Shown: positions 48,401 to 58,201, numbered from the stretch's first letter. The stretch is DNA of 64,000 nucleotides from Thermoanaerobaculia bacterium (GCA_963666565.1 OY762911.1:1792001-1856000); one strand, 5' to 3'. Translations and numbers: made by a program. The notes: generated by a model from the sequence alone, not told the origin.

Positions 48401-49147
48401 GACGGCCAGGAACGTCTCCCTCTGCGAGGGGTCGGACCAGGCCGCCTGAGCCGCGCGGAGGGCCGAGCGCCACTCTTCCCGCTTCGAGCGCAGGTCTCCG
48501 GGGAAGTCCTCGGCAGGACCCGCGCCGTGAATGTCCTGCCCCTTGGCGTGATGCCCCGCGACCCAGGCGGTCGTGTCCTCGTTGGGAACGAAGCTCCTCG
48601 ACTTCGCGTAGTCGAGCAGGGCGACGGACTCCTCGACCATCCAGCGGCGCCAGTAGTCGCGCGTCGCCGAACCGACGGCCAGCGCGTCGCCGCCGCTCAC
48701 GCCGAAGACGAACGGAACGTGGGCGTGGAGGGCGAACTCGCCGAGCGCGCGCTGGCAGAAGCCGTGGATCGTCGTGATGTTCGCCCGGTCGAAGTCGCGG
48801 ATGGCCGCGGTCAGCCGGGCCGAGGCCTCCGCCTCGGGGATTCCCTTGCGCTGCCAGCGTTTCCGGAGCCGCGACGCCTGTTCGTGGTCCGGGACGGACC
48901 CGCCGCCCGCGACGGCCCTTCGCGCGGCCTGGAGGGTCCGGCGCACTCGAGTGCGCAACTGGCCGGCGGCCGAGATCGTGAAGGTGACGATCAGGAGTTC
49001 GTCGAGTGCGCGCTCCTGTTCGACGATCAGCCGGGCCGCCAGCGTGGTGAGGGCGAAGGTCTTGCCGGTTCCGGCGCTTGCCTCGATCAGCAGAGGGGCG
49101 TCGAGAGACGCGTCGAAGGCGTCGCGACGTTCGCTTCCGGCGGTCAC
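45455..49147 (-). CDS. recB: exodeoxyribonuclease V beta subunit
   Basis: IEASAGTGKT, TIHGFC, LIDEFQDTD, GDPKQSIYRFRGAD, KGLEYP, LYVALTRA and nuclease motif GFIDL..DYKSN. GTG start overlaps the recC stop. Confidence 0.95.
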   Translation of the reverse strand: MTAGSERRDAFDASLDAPLLIEASAGTGKTFALTTLAARLIVEQERALDELLIVTFTISAAGQLRTRVRRTLQAARRAVAGGGSVPDHEQASRLRKRWQRKGIPEAEASARLTAAIRDFDRANITTIHGFCQRALGEFALHAHVPFVFGVSGGDALAVGSATRDYWRRWMVEESVALLDYAKSRSFVPNEDTTAWVAGHHAKGQDIHGAGPAEDFPGDLRSKREEWRSALRAAQAAWSDPSQRETFLAVAHEYRWLSKKRDGQRIETVVDAFDTGALEELAPDYAGFFGRKKLASRLYKQNPPPPAPLFDALQRLGEAGEEYGELWLAGQRRDLLRDARASLHHNAWAERGLSFDALLVELHRALAAERGDELARRIRQRYPVALIDEFQDTDRLQAEIFRKIYPGGADPANGRLFVVGDPKQSIYRFRGADVFAYLEAQDRLSASGESLSLAHNYRSTDGLIRAVNALFSRPLPFVLPEFDFLAAGSPEDHEPKQLDVQDAGDDPAPFQIVLIPKDAGPRRTKPDLIRLAAERAAREIARLVALGEDGRATLTGGSEGPRPVAGGDIAALVRTNRQGRAVAQALRDLGIDSVEMGTDNVFDSAEADALHRLLRALCLDESEYGATPLLRGALAADLFGLDMRELAGLRDDDDAWGRWRGRAGAWTGIWQERGIATLMRHILFAGDPDCSEHLLRYPDGPRRLTNYLHLTDLLHEAETRRRPSRQGLLDWFRRSRAESRASDETAQLRLESDEKLVKIVTVHRAKGLEYPIVFYPFAWDGRPPPSGRNRNPTAEYYDRNGKIPVLDLNPSDEAYGRERVEEHADELRLLYVALTRAECRCVVTWAPDGGAEHAPLAWLLHDRTGGDGDPVGLLDEKAARLKGLSDAEWRAEAHAFAGRADGAVSVRDLAAAPPSDGPRSGAGGSEPLAARELGRELGAIRQRTSYSALSAGAPAHAPAHDRDEVDLPERDEATAIQEAADRGLRAAPPEEGPTVHSFPRGGRSGRCLHEIFERRLGDARGESLEDTCEAALIRYGFQGKWLGVVRTLVENGLETPLVPPGEAGAVFRLSDLKQPIVELEFHLPLRKLQLATLARRLEEHGYEHRLAPGDGEIDGFLHGFIDLVTRHDGRWYAIDYKSNWLGPDLASYSEAAIARSMSQHGYQLQYLLYLTALHRLLRLRLPDYDYDRHIGGALYLFLRGMRPNAPGSGVFRDRPSRACIEAIDACFDEAP

Positions 49148-52100
49148 GAACTCGCCTCCCGGAGCGGCCCGAGCAGGCGCTTGGCAAGCCGTTCGAACTC
49201 CTCGTTGCAAGGGTCGGCGCCGAAGATCAGCCGGTGGCTGGCGTCGTTGCCTTCGCTCCACGGCTGGCGGGACCACGCGGCCTCGGCGGCGGAGTCCCAT
49301 GCGCTCTTCCTCGTCCACGTCCACGACGTGTGGGCGAAGAACAGCAACGGCCTCCGCTGGCTCGTTCGCCACGCTTCGATCCACTCGTCGAGCAGGGCGC
49401 GGGCATCGGCCGGTGCCGGACCCGCCAGCGTGACGGTCTCCAGCTTGTCCCTGCCGCCGCGCAGTTGGGCCGTGGCGGCCTTGTCCCGGCTGGAGATCAG
49501 CGCCAGCAGCCGCAGCCAGGTCGCGATGCGATCCTTCGCGCGCAGGCTGCCGATCCTCCAGAAGAGGAGCTCGTTCCGCTCCGCGTGGAATTGCTCGACC
49601 GCGCCGACGAGCCGGACACTCCCGAGATCGACCTCCAGGCCGAAGGCGGGGGCGTCGCGGTGCTCCCGGAACTCCTCCAGCTCCCGCTCGAGTTCGGCGA
49701 CCTGTGCCGCGGATTGCCGGTGCTGGACGCGTCCGAGGTTGGCCGCGGGCAGCAGGCCCCGCGCCGCGGCCAGCTCGATCGTCCGTTCGTCGTCGCGCTC
49801 TCCGGTGGCGGCCAGGTCGCTCTTGAGCTGCCACGCTTCGAGCGCGTTCAGATCGAGCGGCTCGTCGTTCTCGACCTCGTCTTCGCGGGTCTCCATCGTC
49901 ATGCCGAGGCGGTGGCGCAGGAAGTGCTTCGAGGGGCTGGCCGCGAAGCGGACGAGGTCTTCCAGTTCGAGTTCCGCACGCCGTTCGCCCGGTTCCTCCG
50001 CCGCCACTTCCCCCGCGAACCGGAGCGGCGTCTCACCGCCGGCGCCGAGCGCCCTGGCCGCCCTGACCATGGAATCGGAGTAGCTGAACAGATCCGGCCT
50101 GCTGGACCCGAAGTACTCGCGGCTGAACGGTTGCAGAGGGTGATCCGTGGTCCAGCTATCTCCCGGTTGCGCTCCCAGGCCGGGGAAGCGCTCCGTCAGG
50201 CAGTCCCTCAGTTCGGTCACGACGACGGACGGAGGGATCGGCCTGTTCTCCTGCACGTCGCGGCCGGTGCAGGTCACGACGAAGCAACGCCTGGCGGCGA
50301 GCAGGGCTTCGAGGAAGGCGAACCGGTCCTCGTCGCGCGGGTCGCGGTCGCCGGGCCGGCGCGCGGCGCCTTCGAACAGCGCCGCCTGGAAGTCGAAGGG
50401 GCTCGGCCCCGGACGGCGGGGGAACGCGCCGTCGTTCATGCCGGCGGCGCAGATCACCTTCGCCGGAAAGATCTGGCCGGACGCAAGTTCCGCGACCGCG
50501 ACTCCTTCGGCGAGTCTGGGTGCCGAGCGTGCCGCCTTCGCGGCGTGACCGGCCAGGGCGTCGCGCAGCACGGGGAAGGGAATCGGCCCGTTCGCCCCGG
50601 CCCGTCCGCACTCGTGGTCGAACTCGTCGATCAGCCGGGATACGGTGTTCACCTCGCGAACGGCCTCGGGGCCAAGGCGGGGTTCGTTGCTGAAGAACGG
50701 TTCCAGGATTTCCGTCCGCAGACGCTCGGTCCAGGCGCCGGCCCGGTGCTCGGCGGCCAGCCACTCGTTCAGCACGAAGACGAGTTCGCAGTAGCGCCGG
50801 AAGCGGCCGAGCAGCTCGTAGTCGCCGGCGCCGGCGTGGAAGCCGAAGCGGTCGAGGGAGCTTGGCGCGATGCCGCCGACGAGCGCGTCCCCTTCCGCCA
50901 TGGCGTAGCCGAGCACCAGCCGGTCGAGACCCCGGCGCCAGTTGTGGTTCTCCGAGGCCGGCACGTCGAGTTCGGCCCGGTGCGTCTCGTCGATGCCCCA
51001 GCGGATCCGGGAACGGGCGACCGCGCCCCTGATCGTCGCCAGGTCGGTGTCGGAGATGCCGAAGCAGGCGCGCACCGGCTCGGCGAGCAGCGGCGCGAGG
51101 ACGTCGCTCGCCGCATAGCGGGATCCGGGAAGCCCCAGCAGGTCGAGAAAGGCGGTGAGAGCCGCTCCCTCCTTGAGCCGCTGCCTGCCGATGTGGAAGT
51201 GGATCCGTCCGGCCGAGCCGAAGACGGCCTCGATCAGAGGGCCGTAGGTGTCGAGGTCGGGCGTGAGCAGGAGGACGTCGGCGGGCTGGACGTCCGGATG
51301 CTCGTCGAAGATGCCCAGCAGCCGGTCGTGCAGGACCTCGATCTCGCGGGTCGGCGAATGGCAGACGTGGATCTGGATCGAGTCGTCCGGGCCTCGCGGC
51401 TCGCGGCCGGCCGACCCGCCGTTCGCATTGGCGCCCAGAACGTCGCGCTGCAGCGCGACCAGACAGGTGGCGCCGTCCGGCATGTCCCGGGCGGCCGGAC
51501 CGTCCGCGACGAGGCCGCCCGGTTCGTCCTGGAGCAGCTCCCGCAGGTCGCGCGCCGAGCGGCCCCATGCCTCCCGCAGTTCGTTCGCCGGCTCGTCGCT
51601 CTTGGGCACCGCCGGTTCGCTCCAGAAACGCCGGCTCGGACTGAGCAGGTACAGGTGAACGTCCATCACGGATGCCGTGAGTCGCAGCGTCTCGACGTAG
51701 GTCGGCGACATCGCGGCGACATGAAAGAGGCTCACGCGCCTTCGCGGGGAAGACGCGAGCCGTCCTTCGAGCGTGTCCCGATAGCGGTCGATGGCGTCCA
51801 CCCAGTGTTGCGGCTCGGCGTCGGCAGCGGCCAGATCCGCCCACAGCCGCGCGTGCCAGCCGTCGTCCGCGCCCCGTTGCCACTGGCGGATGCTCTCCGG
51901 CCGGTACACCCGGCAGCGGTCGTACGCGACGGCGAGCCGGTCGGCCAGCTCGAACCGCTTGCGGGGGTCCCCGTCCGCGAGGTAGCGGCCGATCTCGTCC
52001 TGGCCCTTCCAGTCCGTGAGCCGGTCGAAGATCCTCCAGCGCAGGTGGGGCGGCCCGTACACCGACTGGCCGGTCAGGTTCTCCACTTCCTCGCGCATCG

Positions 52101-52365
52101 CGGCCCATGCGAACTCGGCCGGCTGCTCGATCCGCAGGTGGGCGGCCACGCCAAGACGGCTGGCCAGTTCGAGCCGCAGCCACTGGCCCATCAGCGGGTC
52201 GGAGACGACGATGCGCTCCGGCTCGAGCGGCTCGGCCGGCGCTCGCCGCATCCGGGCGGCCAGCCGGTCCGCGAGCGTCTCCAGGCGGTTCGAGGCGTGA
52301 ATCCGAAACGGGGGCTCCGGCCGCTCCTGGAGCAGAGAGAGTTGCTCCGCCGTCTCGTTCCGCAT
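49144..52365 (-). CDS. recC: exodeoxyribonuclease V gamma subunit
   Basis: SNRLETL, CHSP.REIEVLHD.LL, GMNDG.FPR, DRFAFLEALLAAR and HPLQPFS. Confidence 0.93.
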   Translation of the reverse strand: MRNETAEQLSLLQERPEPPFRIHASNRLETLADRLAARMRRAPAEPLEPERIVVSDPLMGQWLRLELASRLGVAAHLRIEQPAEFAWAAMREEVENLTGQSVYGPPHLRWRIFDRLTDWKGQDEIGRYLADGDPRKRFELADRLAVAYDRCRVYRPESIRQWQRGADDGWHARLWADLAAADAEPQHWVDAIDRYRDTLEGRLASSPRRRVSLFHVAAMSPTYVETLRLTASVMDVHLYLLSPSRRFWSEPAVPKSDEPANELREAWGRSARDLRELLQDEPGGLVADGPAARDMPDGATCLVALQRDVLGANANGGSAGREPRGPDDSIQIHVCHSPTREIEVLHDRLLGIFDEHPDVQPADVLLLTPDLDTYGPLIEAVFGSAGRIHFHIGRQRLKEGAALTAFLDLLGLPGSRYAASDVLAPLLAEPVRACFGISDTDLATIRGAVARSRIRWGIDETHRAELDVPASENHNWRRGLDRLVLGYAMAEGDALVGGIAPSSLDRFGFHAGAGDYELLGRFRRYCELVFVLNEWLAAEHRAGAWTERLRTEILEPFFSNEPRLGPEAVREVNTVSRLIDEFDHECGRAGANGPIPFPVLRDALAGHAAKAARSAPRLAEGVAVAELASGQIFPAKVICAAGMNDGAFPRRPGPSPFDFQAALFEGAARRPGDRDPRDEDRFAFLEALLAARRCFVVTCTGRDVQENRPIPPSVVVTELRDCLTERFPGLGAQPGDSWTTDHPLQPFSREYFGSSRPDLFSYSDSMVRAARALGAGGETPLRFAGEVAAEEPGERRAELELEDLVRFAASPSKHFLRHRLGMTMETREDEVENDEPLDLNALEAWQLKSDLAATGERDDERTIELAAARGLLPAANLGRVQHRQSAAQVAELERELEEFREHRDAPAFGLEVDLGSVRLVGAVEQFHAERNELLFWRIGSLRAKDRIATWLRLLALISSRDKAATAQLRGGRDKLETVTLAGPAPADARALLDEWIEAWRTSQRRPLLFFAHTSWTWTRKSAWDSAAEAAWSRQPWSEGNDASHRLIFGADPCNEEFERLAKRLLGPLREASS

Positions 52366-52470
52366 CGCGCCATTGTAGGGCGATTTCCCCTGCTACGATG
52401 CCCGTCCGCAGCCCGATTCTCCGGAACCGAAGAGGAACGACGCAGCGAGAGTCTGAGCGCACATCGAACC

Positions 52471-52618
52471 GCAGGCAGTTCAAGGGAAGGGAGTGCGAAT
52501 CTCCCGCCGCCCCGCGACTGTGATCCGGACGAAACCGGCATGAACCACTGTCCCGCGGACCGGGACGGGAAGGGCCGGCAAGTAGGACGAAGGTAAGTCA
52601 GGAGACCTGGCTGCCTGC
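52471..52618 (+). promoter_or_regulatory. cobalamin riboswitch
   Basis: P1 GCAGGCAG/CTGCCTGC, AGGGAA, T-loop GGGAG-TGCGAAT-CTCCC, CCCCGCGACTGT, CCACTG..GGGAAGG and B12 box AAGTCAGGAGACCTG. It lies upstream of a TonB receptor. Confidence 0.93.
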
Positions 52619-52692
52619 CGAGGCAACAACGCTCCGCCGGCCCCGCATGGGCCGCCCGGAGCGCGAATCCCGAAGGGGGAGGAAGGCCCGAA

Positions 52693-54624
52693 ATGAACGA
52701 CAGGAGACAAGTCGAGTCCGTTCGCCGTGGCGGTCGGGAGCGGCGGGTGCGCCGGGTGCCGCTGTGCGCCGCGGCGGCGGCGATGCTGCTGGCGCCGGCG
52801 ACACTGGCCGGCCGTGAGAACCGGGAGACTGGCGAGGCTGGGCACGAGAACGCGACCGGCGGTGCCCCGGTCGGCGCGGCAGCCGCGGAGGAGATCGTCG
52901 TCAGCGCCAACCGCTACGAGGTTCCGGCGTCGGAGGTCGGCAGCGCGGTCACGGTGATCGGCGCCGGGGAGATCGCGCGGCGCAACCCGGTCGCCGTGCT
53001 CGACCTGCTCCGCACGGTGCCCGGCGTCGAGGTGACCCATGCCGGCGGTCCCGGCAAGGTCGCCACCGTCCGGCTGCGCGGCGGCACCGGCGCGCAAGCC
53101 CTGGTGCTGGTCGACGGCGTGCGGGTGAACTCGGTCGCCGGCGGCACGGTCGACTTCGCCAGCCTGCTGGCGGCCAACGTCGAGCGCATCGAGGTGCTGC
53201 GCGGGCCGCAGGCAACCTGGGGTTCCGAGGCGATGACCGGGCTGATCAGCATCGTGACCGCCCGCGGCGGTCCGGGCCTCCGGCTGCACGCGGCCGGCGA
53301 AGCGGGCACGCACGACCACCGCCGGTTCGACCTGGGCCTCTCGGGCGCCGCCAACCGCTGGGATTACAGCACGGGAGCGACCGACCTGAGCACGGACGGC
53401 GTCTCGCACCGGGCGGTCGAAGGCGGCGCCGCCGAGGACGATCCGTTCGAGAACCGGACCTGGAGCGCCCGCCTGGGCGCCGCGTTCCTCGGCGACGGCC
53501 GGATCGACCTGCGGGCCCGCTCCTACCGGGGCGACACCGCGCTCGACGGCTTCGGCGCCGAGGACCTGAACGCGATGGCCGCCAGCGACGAGGACACGAC
53601 GGCCCTGACGGTCGAGAAGGACCTCGCCCCGTTCTGGCGGCAGACGGTGCGCTTCGGCCGCACCGAGGGGACCCTGCTCGGCAGCGACCCCGACACGTTC
53701 TGGAACAATTACGAGATCCGTTCCCGGATCCGGCGGATCGACGCGCAGTCGGACGTCGCGCTGGGCGCCGGCCACCTGCTGAACCTGGGGCTCGGGACGG
53801 AGAACCGCAGGGGGTCGAACGCCGGCAGCTACGACGAGGAGGCCGACCTGGATTCCTGGTTCGTGCAGGACCAGTGGGAGCTGGCGGACAGCGTCCACCT
53901 CACCGCCGCGGTGCGCGGCGACGAGCACTCGGTCTTCGGCTCGGAGACGAGCCACCGGGTCACCGTGTCGGGCGGTTGGGACGGCGGCCGCGGGCGCGTC
54001 CACGGCAGCTACGGCACGGCCTTCCGGGCGCCCACGTTCGACGAGCTGTACTTCCCGTTTTCGGGCGATCCGAACCTCCTGCCCGAGACGACGGAGGGGT
54101 TCGACGTCGGGGTGCAGCAGCGCGTCGGCGATTCCGGCCTGACGCTCGATTTGACTTGGTTCGACATCGACTTCGACCAGTTGATCGAGTTCGACCTGAG
54201 CAGCTTCACCTTCGCCAACGTGGCCCGGGCGAGTTCGACCGGCGCGGAGTTCACGCTGCGCTACCGCCCGGACATCGGAGCGAGCCTGGAGTTCTCGCAC
54301 ACCTGGAACCGGACGGAAGACGAGGCGACCGGGAATCCGCTGGCGCGGCGGCCGAAGAACCGCACCACGGCGGTCGCGCTCCTGCAGCCGACCGACCGCT
54401 TCGCCGCGGCGGTCACGGCCGCGTTCGTCTCGGACCGGATCGACTCGAACGGCGCGCCGATGGACGACTACACGAAGGTCGACGTCCACCTGAGCTACGG
54501 CTGGCGGACGCTCAAGCCCTTCGTGCGCGTCGAGAACCTGCTCGACGAGGACTACTTCGAGGTTCCCGGCTTCGTCACGCCGGGGCGGACCGTCGTCGTC
54601 GGGCTGCGACTGCTACGGCGCTGA
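52693..54624 (+). CDS. btuB: TonB-dependent cobalamin receptor (BtuB-like)
   Basis: TonB box EIVVSANR, LVLVDGVR, IERIEVLRGP, FRAPTFDELY and NLLDEDY. Preceded by a B12 riboswitch. Confidence 0.8.
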   Translation: MNDRRQVESVRRGGRERRVRRVPLCAAAAAMLLAPATLAGRENRETGEAGHENATGGAPVGAAAAEEIVVSANRYEVPASEVGSAVTVIGAGEIARRNPVAVLDLLRTVPGVEVTHAGGPGKVATVRLRGGTGAQALVLVDGVRVNSVAGGTVDFASLLAANVERIEVLRGPQATWGSEAMTGLISIVTARGGPGLRLHAAGEAGTHDHRRFDLGLSGAANRWDYSTGATDLSTDGVSHRAVEGGAAEDDPFENRTWSARLGAAFLGDGRIDLRARSYRGDTALDGFGAEDLNAMAASDEDTTALTVEKDLAPFWRQTVRFGRTEGTLLGSDPDTFWNNYEIRSRIRRIDAQSDVALGAGHLLNLGLGTENRRGSNAGSYDEEADLDSWFVQDQWELADSVHLTAAVRGDEHSVFGSETSHRVTVSGGWDGGRGRVHGSYGTAFRAPTFDELYFPFSGDPNLLPETTEGFDVGVQQRVGDSGLTLDLTWFDIDFDQLIEFDLSSFTFANVARASSTGAEFTLRYRPDIGASLEFSHTWNRTEDEATGNPLARRPKNRTTAVALLQPTDRFAAAVTAAFVSDRIDSNGAPMDDYTKVDVHLSYGWRTLKPFVRVENLLDEDYFEVPGFVTPGRTVVVGLRLLRR

Positions 54625-54657
54625 CGCCCGCCGCAGGCTGGAAGTCGTCGGTTCAGA

Positions 54658-54709
54658 CTGGATGCGCCGGCGTCCTCGCCGGCCCTGCGGGCGATGCCGC
54701 GAAGCGGCG
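54658..54709 (+). repeat. REP-like palindrome plus left-arm sequence of the 20001 element
   Basis: CTGGATGC-GCCGGCG-TCCT-CGCCGGC. The following CCGCGAAGCGGCG also occurs at 20043-20055. Confidence 0.7.
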
Positions 54710-54777
54710 TCGCCCTTGAAGCGCGCGAGGCGAAGCCTCGCTCCTCGAGTCTGCGAACGGGCTATCGTCGGTTCCCG

Positions 54778-55719
54778 ATGGTCCAGATCCTGAGAACCGC
54801 CTACCGCCGCTTCCACGCGGGCCTGTTCGCCGCGTTGCGTCGGCTGGGCTGGAACGTGGCGCGGACGGCGGACTTCTACTCGCCGTTGCCCGTGCTTTCG
54901 GAGGTCGCGGAGTCCCGGGCGTCGTGGGACCGGCCGAGCGAACTGGTGGGAGTCGGCTACGACCTGGAAGCGATGAAGTCGCTTCTGGCGGGCCTCATGG
55001 ATTCGCACGGTGCCGAATTCGCGGCATTGCCGCCGCATCGCGAGATCAAGGCCCTGGGCTACGGCCCGGGCTTTCCGGTCATCGACGCGATGACGACTTA
55101 CTTCATGGTGCGCGACCTGCGGCCGACGCGCTACGTCGAGATCGGCTCCGGCCTCTCGACGTACTACGCCTGGCTGGCCGCGGCGGCGAACGGGCGTGAC
55201 GGCCGTGCCTGCGAGATGACCTGTATCGATCCGTTCCCGACCGGGCGCCTGAACGATCTGCAGGATCCCGCCGTAGAGGCTGTGGTGTCGAAGGTCGAGG
55301 CCACGGACCTCAAGCTCTTCGACGGTCTCGATTCCGGCGACGTGCTGTTCATCGACTCGACTCACGTGCTCAAGCTCGGCGGGGACGTGGCGTTCCTCTT
55401 CCTCGAGGTGCTGCCGCGGCTGCGGCCCGGCGTCGTGGTTCACGTCCACGACATCCACTTCCCGTACAACACGCCCTACCCGGCCGAGCAGTACGTCTTC
55501 CGCGCCAAGTGGCCGCTCTACCGCACCGAAGCGATGGTCCTCCAAGCCTTCCTGAGCTTCAACCGCGAGTTCGAGATCGTGCTCTCCACGCCGATGATCC
55601 GCCACGCGGACGAGCCGTTCCTGGAACGGACGATCCCGGCCTATCGCCCGGTCGAGTTGGGGGACTACGACACCCACTTCGGCTCGATCTGGCTCCGGCG
55701 CCGGCCGCCGGCCGGCTGA
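54778..55719 (+). CDS. class I SAM-dependent methyltransferase (Methyltransf_24-like)
   Basis: FYSPLP, VEIGSGLST, IDPFP, LFIDSTHV, LP.LRPGV.VHVHDI.FP and GSIWL. Confidence 0.85.
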   Translation: MVQILRTAYRRFHAGLFAALRRLGWNVARTADFYSPLPVLSEVAESRASWDRPSELVGVGYDLEAMKSLLAGLMDSHGAEFAALPPHREIKALGYGPGFPVIDAMTTYFMVRDLRPTRYVEIGSGLSTYYAWLAAAANGRDGRACEMTCIDPFPTGRLNDLQDPAVEAVVSKVEATDLKLFDGLDSGDVLFIDSTHVLKLGGDVAFLFLEVLPRLRPGVVVHVHDIHFPYNTPYPAEQYVFRAKWPLYRTEAMVLQAFLSFNREFEIVLSTPMIRHADEPFLERTIPAYRPVELGDYDTHFGSIWLRRRPPAG

Positions 55720-55771
55720 GCGGCCTTCGCGTTGTTCGGGTGGGGGATCTGGTCTCGGGTACGATCAAGGC

Positions 55772-55993
55772 ATGGAAATGACGCTCACCCAGATGAAGAC
55801 CGACTTCAAGTCGGAGTGGGTCCTGATCGGCGCCCCGGAGACTGACGAGGCGCTCAACATCCGCGGGGGCACGGTGCTCTGCCACAGCAAGGATCGCGAC
55901 GAGGTTTATCGCAAGGCGATCGCGTTGCGCCCTGCGCGGGCGGCCGTCCTGTACACCGGCACGATTCCCGAGGGCACCGCGATCGTCCTGTGA
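55772..55993 (+). CDS. small DUF5678-like protein
   Basis: F.SEWVLI, G.VL.HSKDRDEVY and YTG.IP. GTGA-coupled to the next gene. Confidence 0.7.
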   Translation: MEMTLTQMKTDFKSEWVLIGAPETDEALNIRGGTVLCHSKDRDEVYRKAIALRPARAAVLYTGTIPEGTAIVL

Positions 55994-56373
55994 GCCAGCC
56001 GTTCGATGGCGGCCGGGGCCTCATCGTCGTTCCGGCGGAGTTGTTTGGCCCTTCGGGAAGCGTGGTGCTGCATCTGGCGGTGGACACCGGCGCCACGCAG
56101 ACGATGATCAACGTCGGGCTGCTCGCCTTCGCAGGATACGATCCGTCGTTGGTTCCAGACCGCGTGCAGGTCACCACTGGAAGCGGGGTCGAGTACGCAC
56201 CGCGGGTTCCGGTTGACCGGATCGACGTGCTCGGACAAGGCCGTCGGGACTTTCCGGTACTTGCGCACACACTGCCGCCGAGCGCGCACATAGATGGCCT
56301 GCTGGGCCTCGACTACATGCGCCAGCAGCAGTTGGTCGTCGACTTTCGTCGAAACACGGTGTCGTTGAGTTGA
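55990..56373 (+). CDS. retropepsin-like (clan AA) aspartyl protease
   Basis: VDTGATQT catalytic motif, flap TTGSG and DGLLGLD. Confidence 0.85.
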   Translation: MSQPFDGGRGLIVVPAELFGPSGSVVLHLAVDTGATQTMINVGLLAFAGYDPSLVPDRVQVTTGSGVEYAPRVPVDRIDVLGQGRRDFPVLAHTLPPSAHIDGLLGLDYMRQQQLVVDFRRNTVSLS

Positions 56374-56392
56374 CCGGCACACAAGCGCGGGT

Positions 56393-58201
56393 TCAACCCT
56401 GTTCGCTGGTTTGGTCCAACTCTCCGGTCGGCAGCGACTCAATGACGAGTCCGCCTAGCGCCGGACGGAGGCGTTCCAGGCGCTCGTTGTCGATGTAGAC
56501 GACGAGCCGGTACGGCGCGCACGGCGGTTGCTGGCTGACGAACCAGGCGGAGTAGTCGCGGGCGAAGCGGCCGTCCGTGCCGCGGTCGATCTTCTCCGGG
56601 GTCACCACCGAGCCCTCGTGGAGCACGAGGACCGCCGGGCGGCTCTCTTGGAGGTGGTCGTAGTCCGTCTTTCCCCAGCCCCGGTGGTACTCGCCGTGGC
56701 GGGCGTGATGGGCGGACGTCAGGCCGAGGGGATCGTGGATCGTCGTTTCGTCGAGGATCCAGCCGAACAGACCGACGGCCTCGGCGGCCGCGATGTCGTC
56801 GGGTGCCAGGTGAGGCTTCAGGCGCGTCGCCATGAACTGGTAGCAGCTCGTGATCGGGTGGAACGTGAAGTGCGGCCCGGGCGTGGTCCGCCAGGGACTG
56901 CGGCTGAGCATGAAGACGGCGCTCACGGTCAGCGCGGCGAGCATCCAGGCGGAGCGTCGTCCGCGCGGGCTCAAGGCGCTTGGCGAGGGCGGCTGGCCGT
57001 TGCTTCGTGGCGCCGCTTCCGTGGGTGCCGGCGTGGCCGCTGGCGCGACCGGTTCCGCTGCGCCAACACCCAGGTCGTGGAGAGCTCGCGACAGGCAGAC
57101 GGCCAGCGGCGCCGCCAGCACCGGTGCGAAGACGGTCAGCAGCCGATAGTGGGGCATCCAGTCGCCGCCGTTGACGAACACCGCTGGCAGCTCCGCCGCC
57201 ACGACCAGGACGCAGAACCAGAGCGCCCGGTTCGCCGGCGCGAGGATGAGCGCGAGCGCGGCGCCGAGAATCAGCGGCGCGTGCGCGATCTCGAAGCGCA
57301 CCGTGTAGGAGAGGCCCGAGGCGAGGTTCGCCAGCAGAGCCTCCGGACCCGCCGAGAGGACGGACTTGGCGGCTACCGAGTTCGGCAGCGGCGCGCCGTA
57401 GTAGGCGAGCCGCCAGACGGTGGCGCCGCCGACGATGGCGAACGCGGTCGCGGCGGTCAGGCCGGCTCGCCGGAGAGCGTCGGTTGGCGGCGTGCCGGTT
57501 CGCCGTGCGAGCCCGCGCCAGAACGACGCCAGCGGGCCGGACCGAGGCGGGATGCCCGCCTCCGCGGGCAGGGTCGCGCTCCGGTCGCCGGGGGCCGCCG
57601 CGCTCGCGTTTCCGCCGGACCCGATCCGCGCGCGGTCCGGGATGCCGGCCGACTGGTAGAGGAGAACGACCGGCAGGATGACCAGGCTCTCCGGCCTGGT
57701 CAGGAACAGCAGGCCGAGCAGACCCCCGATCAGCCTCGGATCGGCCGCTTCCACCGTCTTGCGCGTCGCGAGGACCACGAGGTACGCGAACAACCCGCCC
57801 TCCAGTCCGTTGCCGGCGACCAGCCAAAAGCGGCCGTGGACCGCCACCAGCGCGACCGCGGCGAGGCAGGCGCCGGCGGAGGCGCCGAGTCCGCGGCCGA
57901 GGAGATACGACTCGCGCAGCGCCAGCAACGCGAAGGCCACGCCGAGCGCGAACGCCGCCGGCTCGACCGGCAGACGAACCGACTCGACCGCCGCGAGCAG
58001 CAGCGTCCACGACAGGCTCGTGACCCCCTCGACCCGCTCGCCGAGGTTGAAGACGAGGCCGTCGCCGTGGGCGAGGTTGCGGGCGTAGCGGAACGTGATG
58101 AAGGCGTCGTCGATCGTGCGAATCGGCAGGAACAGCAGCGTCAGCAGCGGCAGCGCCGCCACGGATGCGCCGAGCAGCCGCAACTTCCGCCGGTCGGTCA
58201 C
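56393..58201 (-). CDS. GT-C-like integral membrane glycosyltransferase
   Basis: [42 protein letters not shown] and GGDWM..YR. Confidence 0.75.
   Translation of the reverse strand: MTDRRKLRLLGASVAALPLLTLLFLPIRTIDDAFITFRYARNLAHGDGLVFNLGERVEGVTSLSWTLLLAAVESVRLPVEPAAFALGVAFALLALRESYLLGRGLGASAGACLAAVALVAVHGRFWLVAGNGLEGGLFAYLVVLATRKTVEAADPRLIGGLLGLLFLTRPESLVILPVVLLYQSAGIPDRARIGSGGNASAAAPGDRSATLPAEAGIPPRSGPLASFWRGLARRTGTPPTDALRRAGLTAATAFAIVGGATVWRLAYYGAPLPNSVAAKSVLSAGPEALLANLASGLSYTVRFEIAHAPLILGAALALILAPANRALWFCVLVVAAELPAVFVNGGDWMPHYRLLTVFAPVLAAPLAVCLSRALHDLGVGAAEPVAPAATPAPTEAAPRSNGQPPSPSALSPRGRRSAWMLAALTVSAVFMLSRSPWRTTPGPHFTFHPITSCYQFMATRLKPHLAPDDIAAAEAVGLFGWILDETTIHDPLGLTSAHHARHGEYHRGWGKTDYDHLQESRPAVLVLHEGSVVTPEKIDRGTDGRFARDYSAWFVSQQPPCAPYRLVVYIDNERLERLRPALGGLVIESLPTGELDQTSEQG

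Noticed and set aside
45629-50083. 1484-aa plus-strand ORF, and similar long ORFs such as 49078-52596, 29581-32211, 34810-37890 and 41431-44913
   Set aside because: Antisense or alternate-frame shadows of well-supported genes. Stop codons are rare at this GC content and the translations have no domain motifs. Only the last ~60 codons of 34810-37890 are real (synthase remnant).
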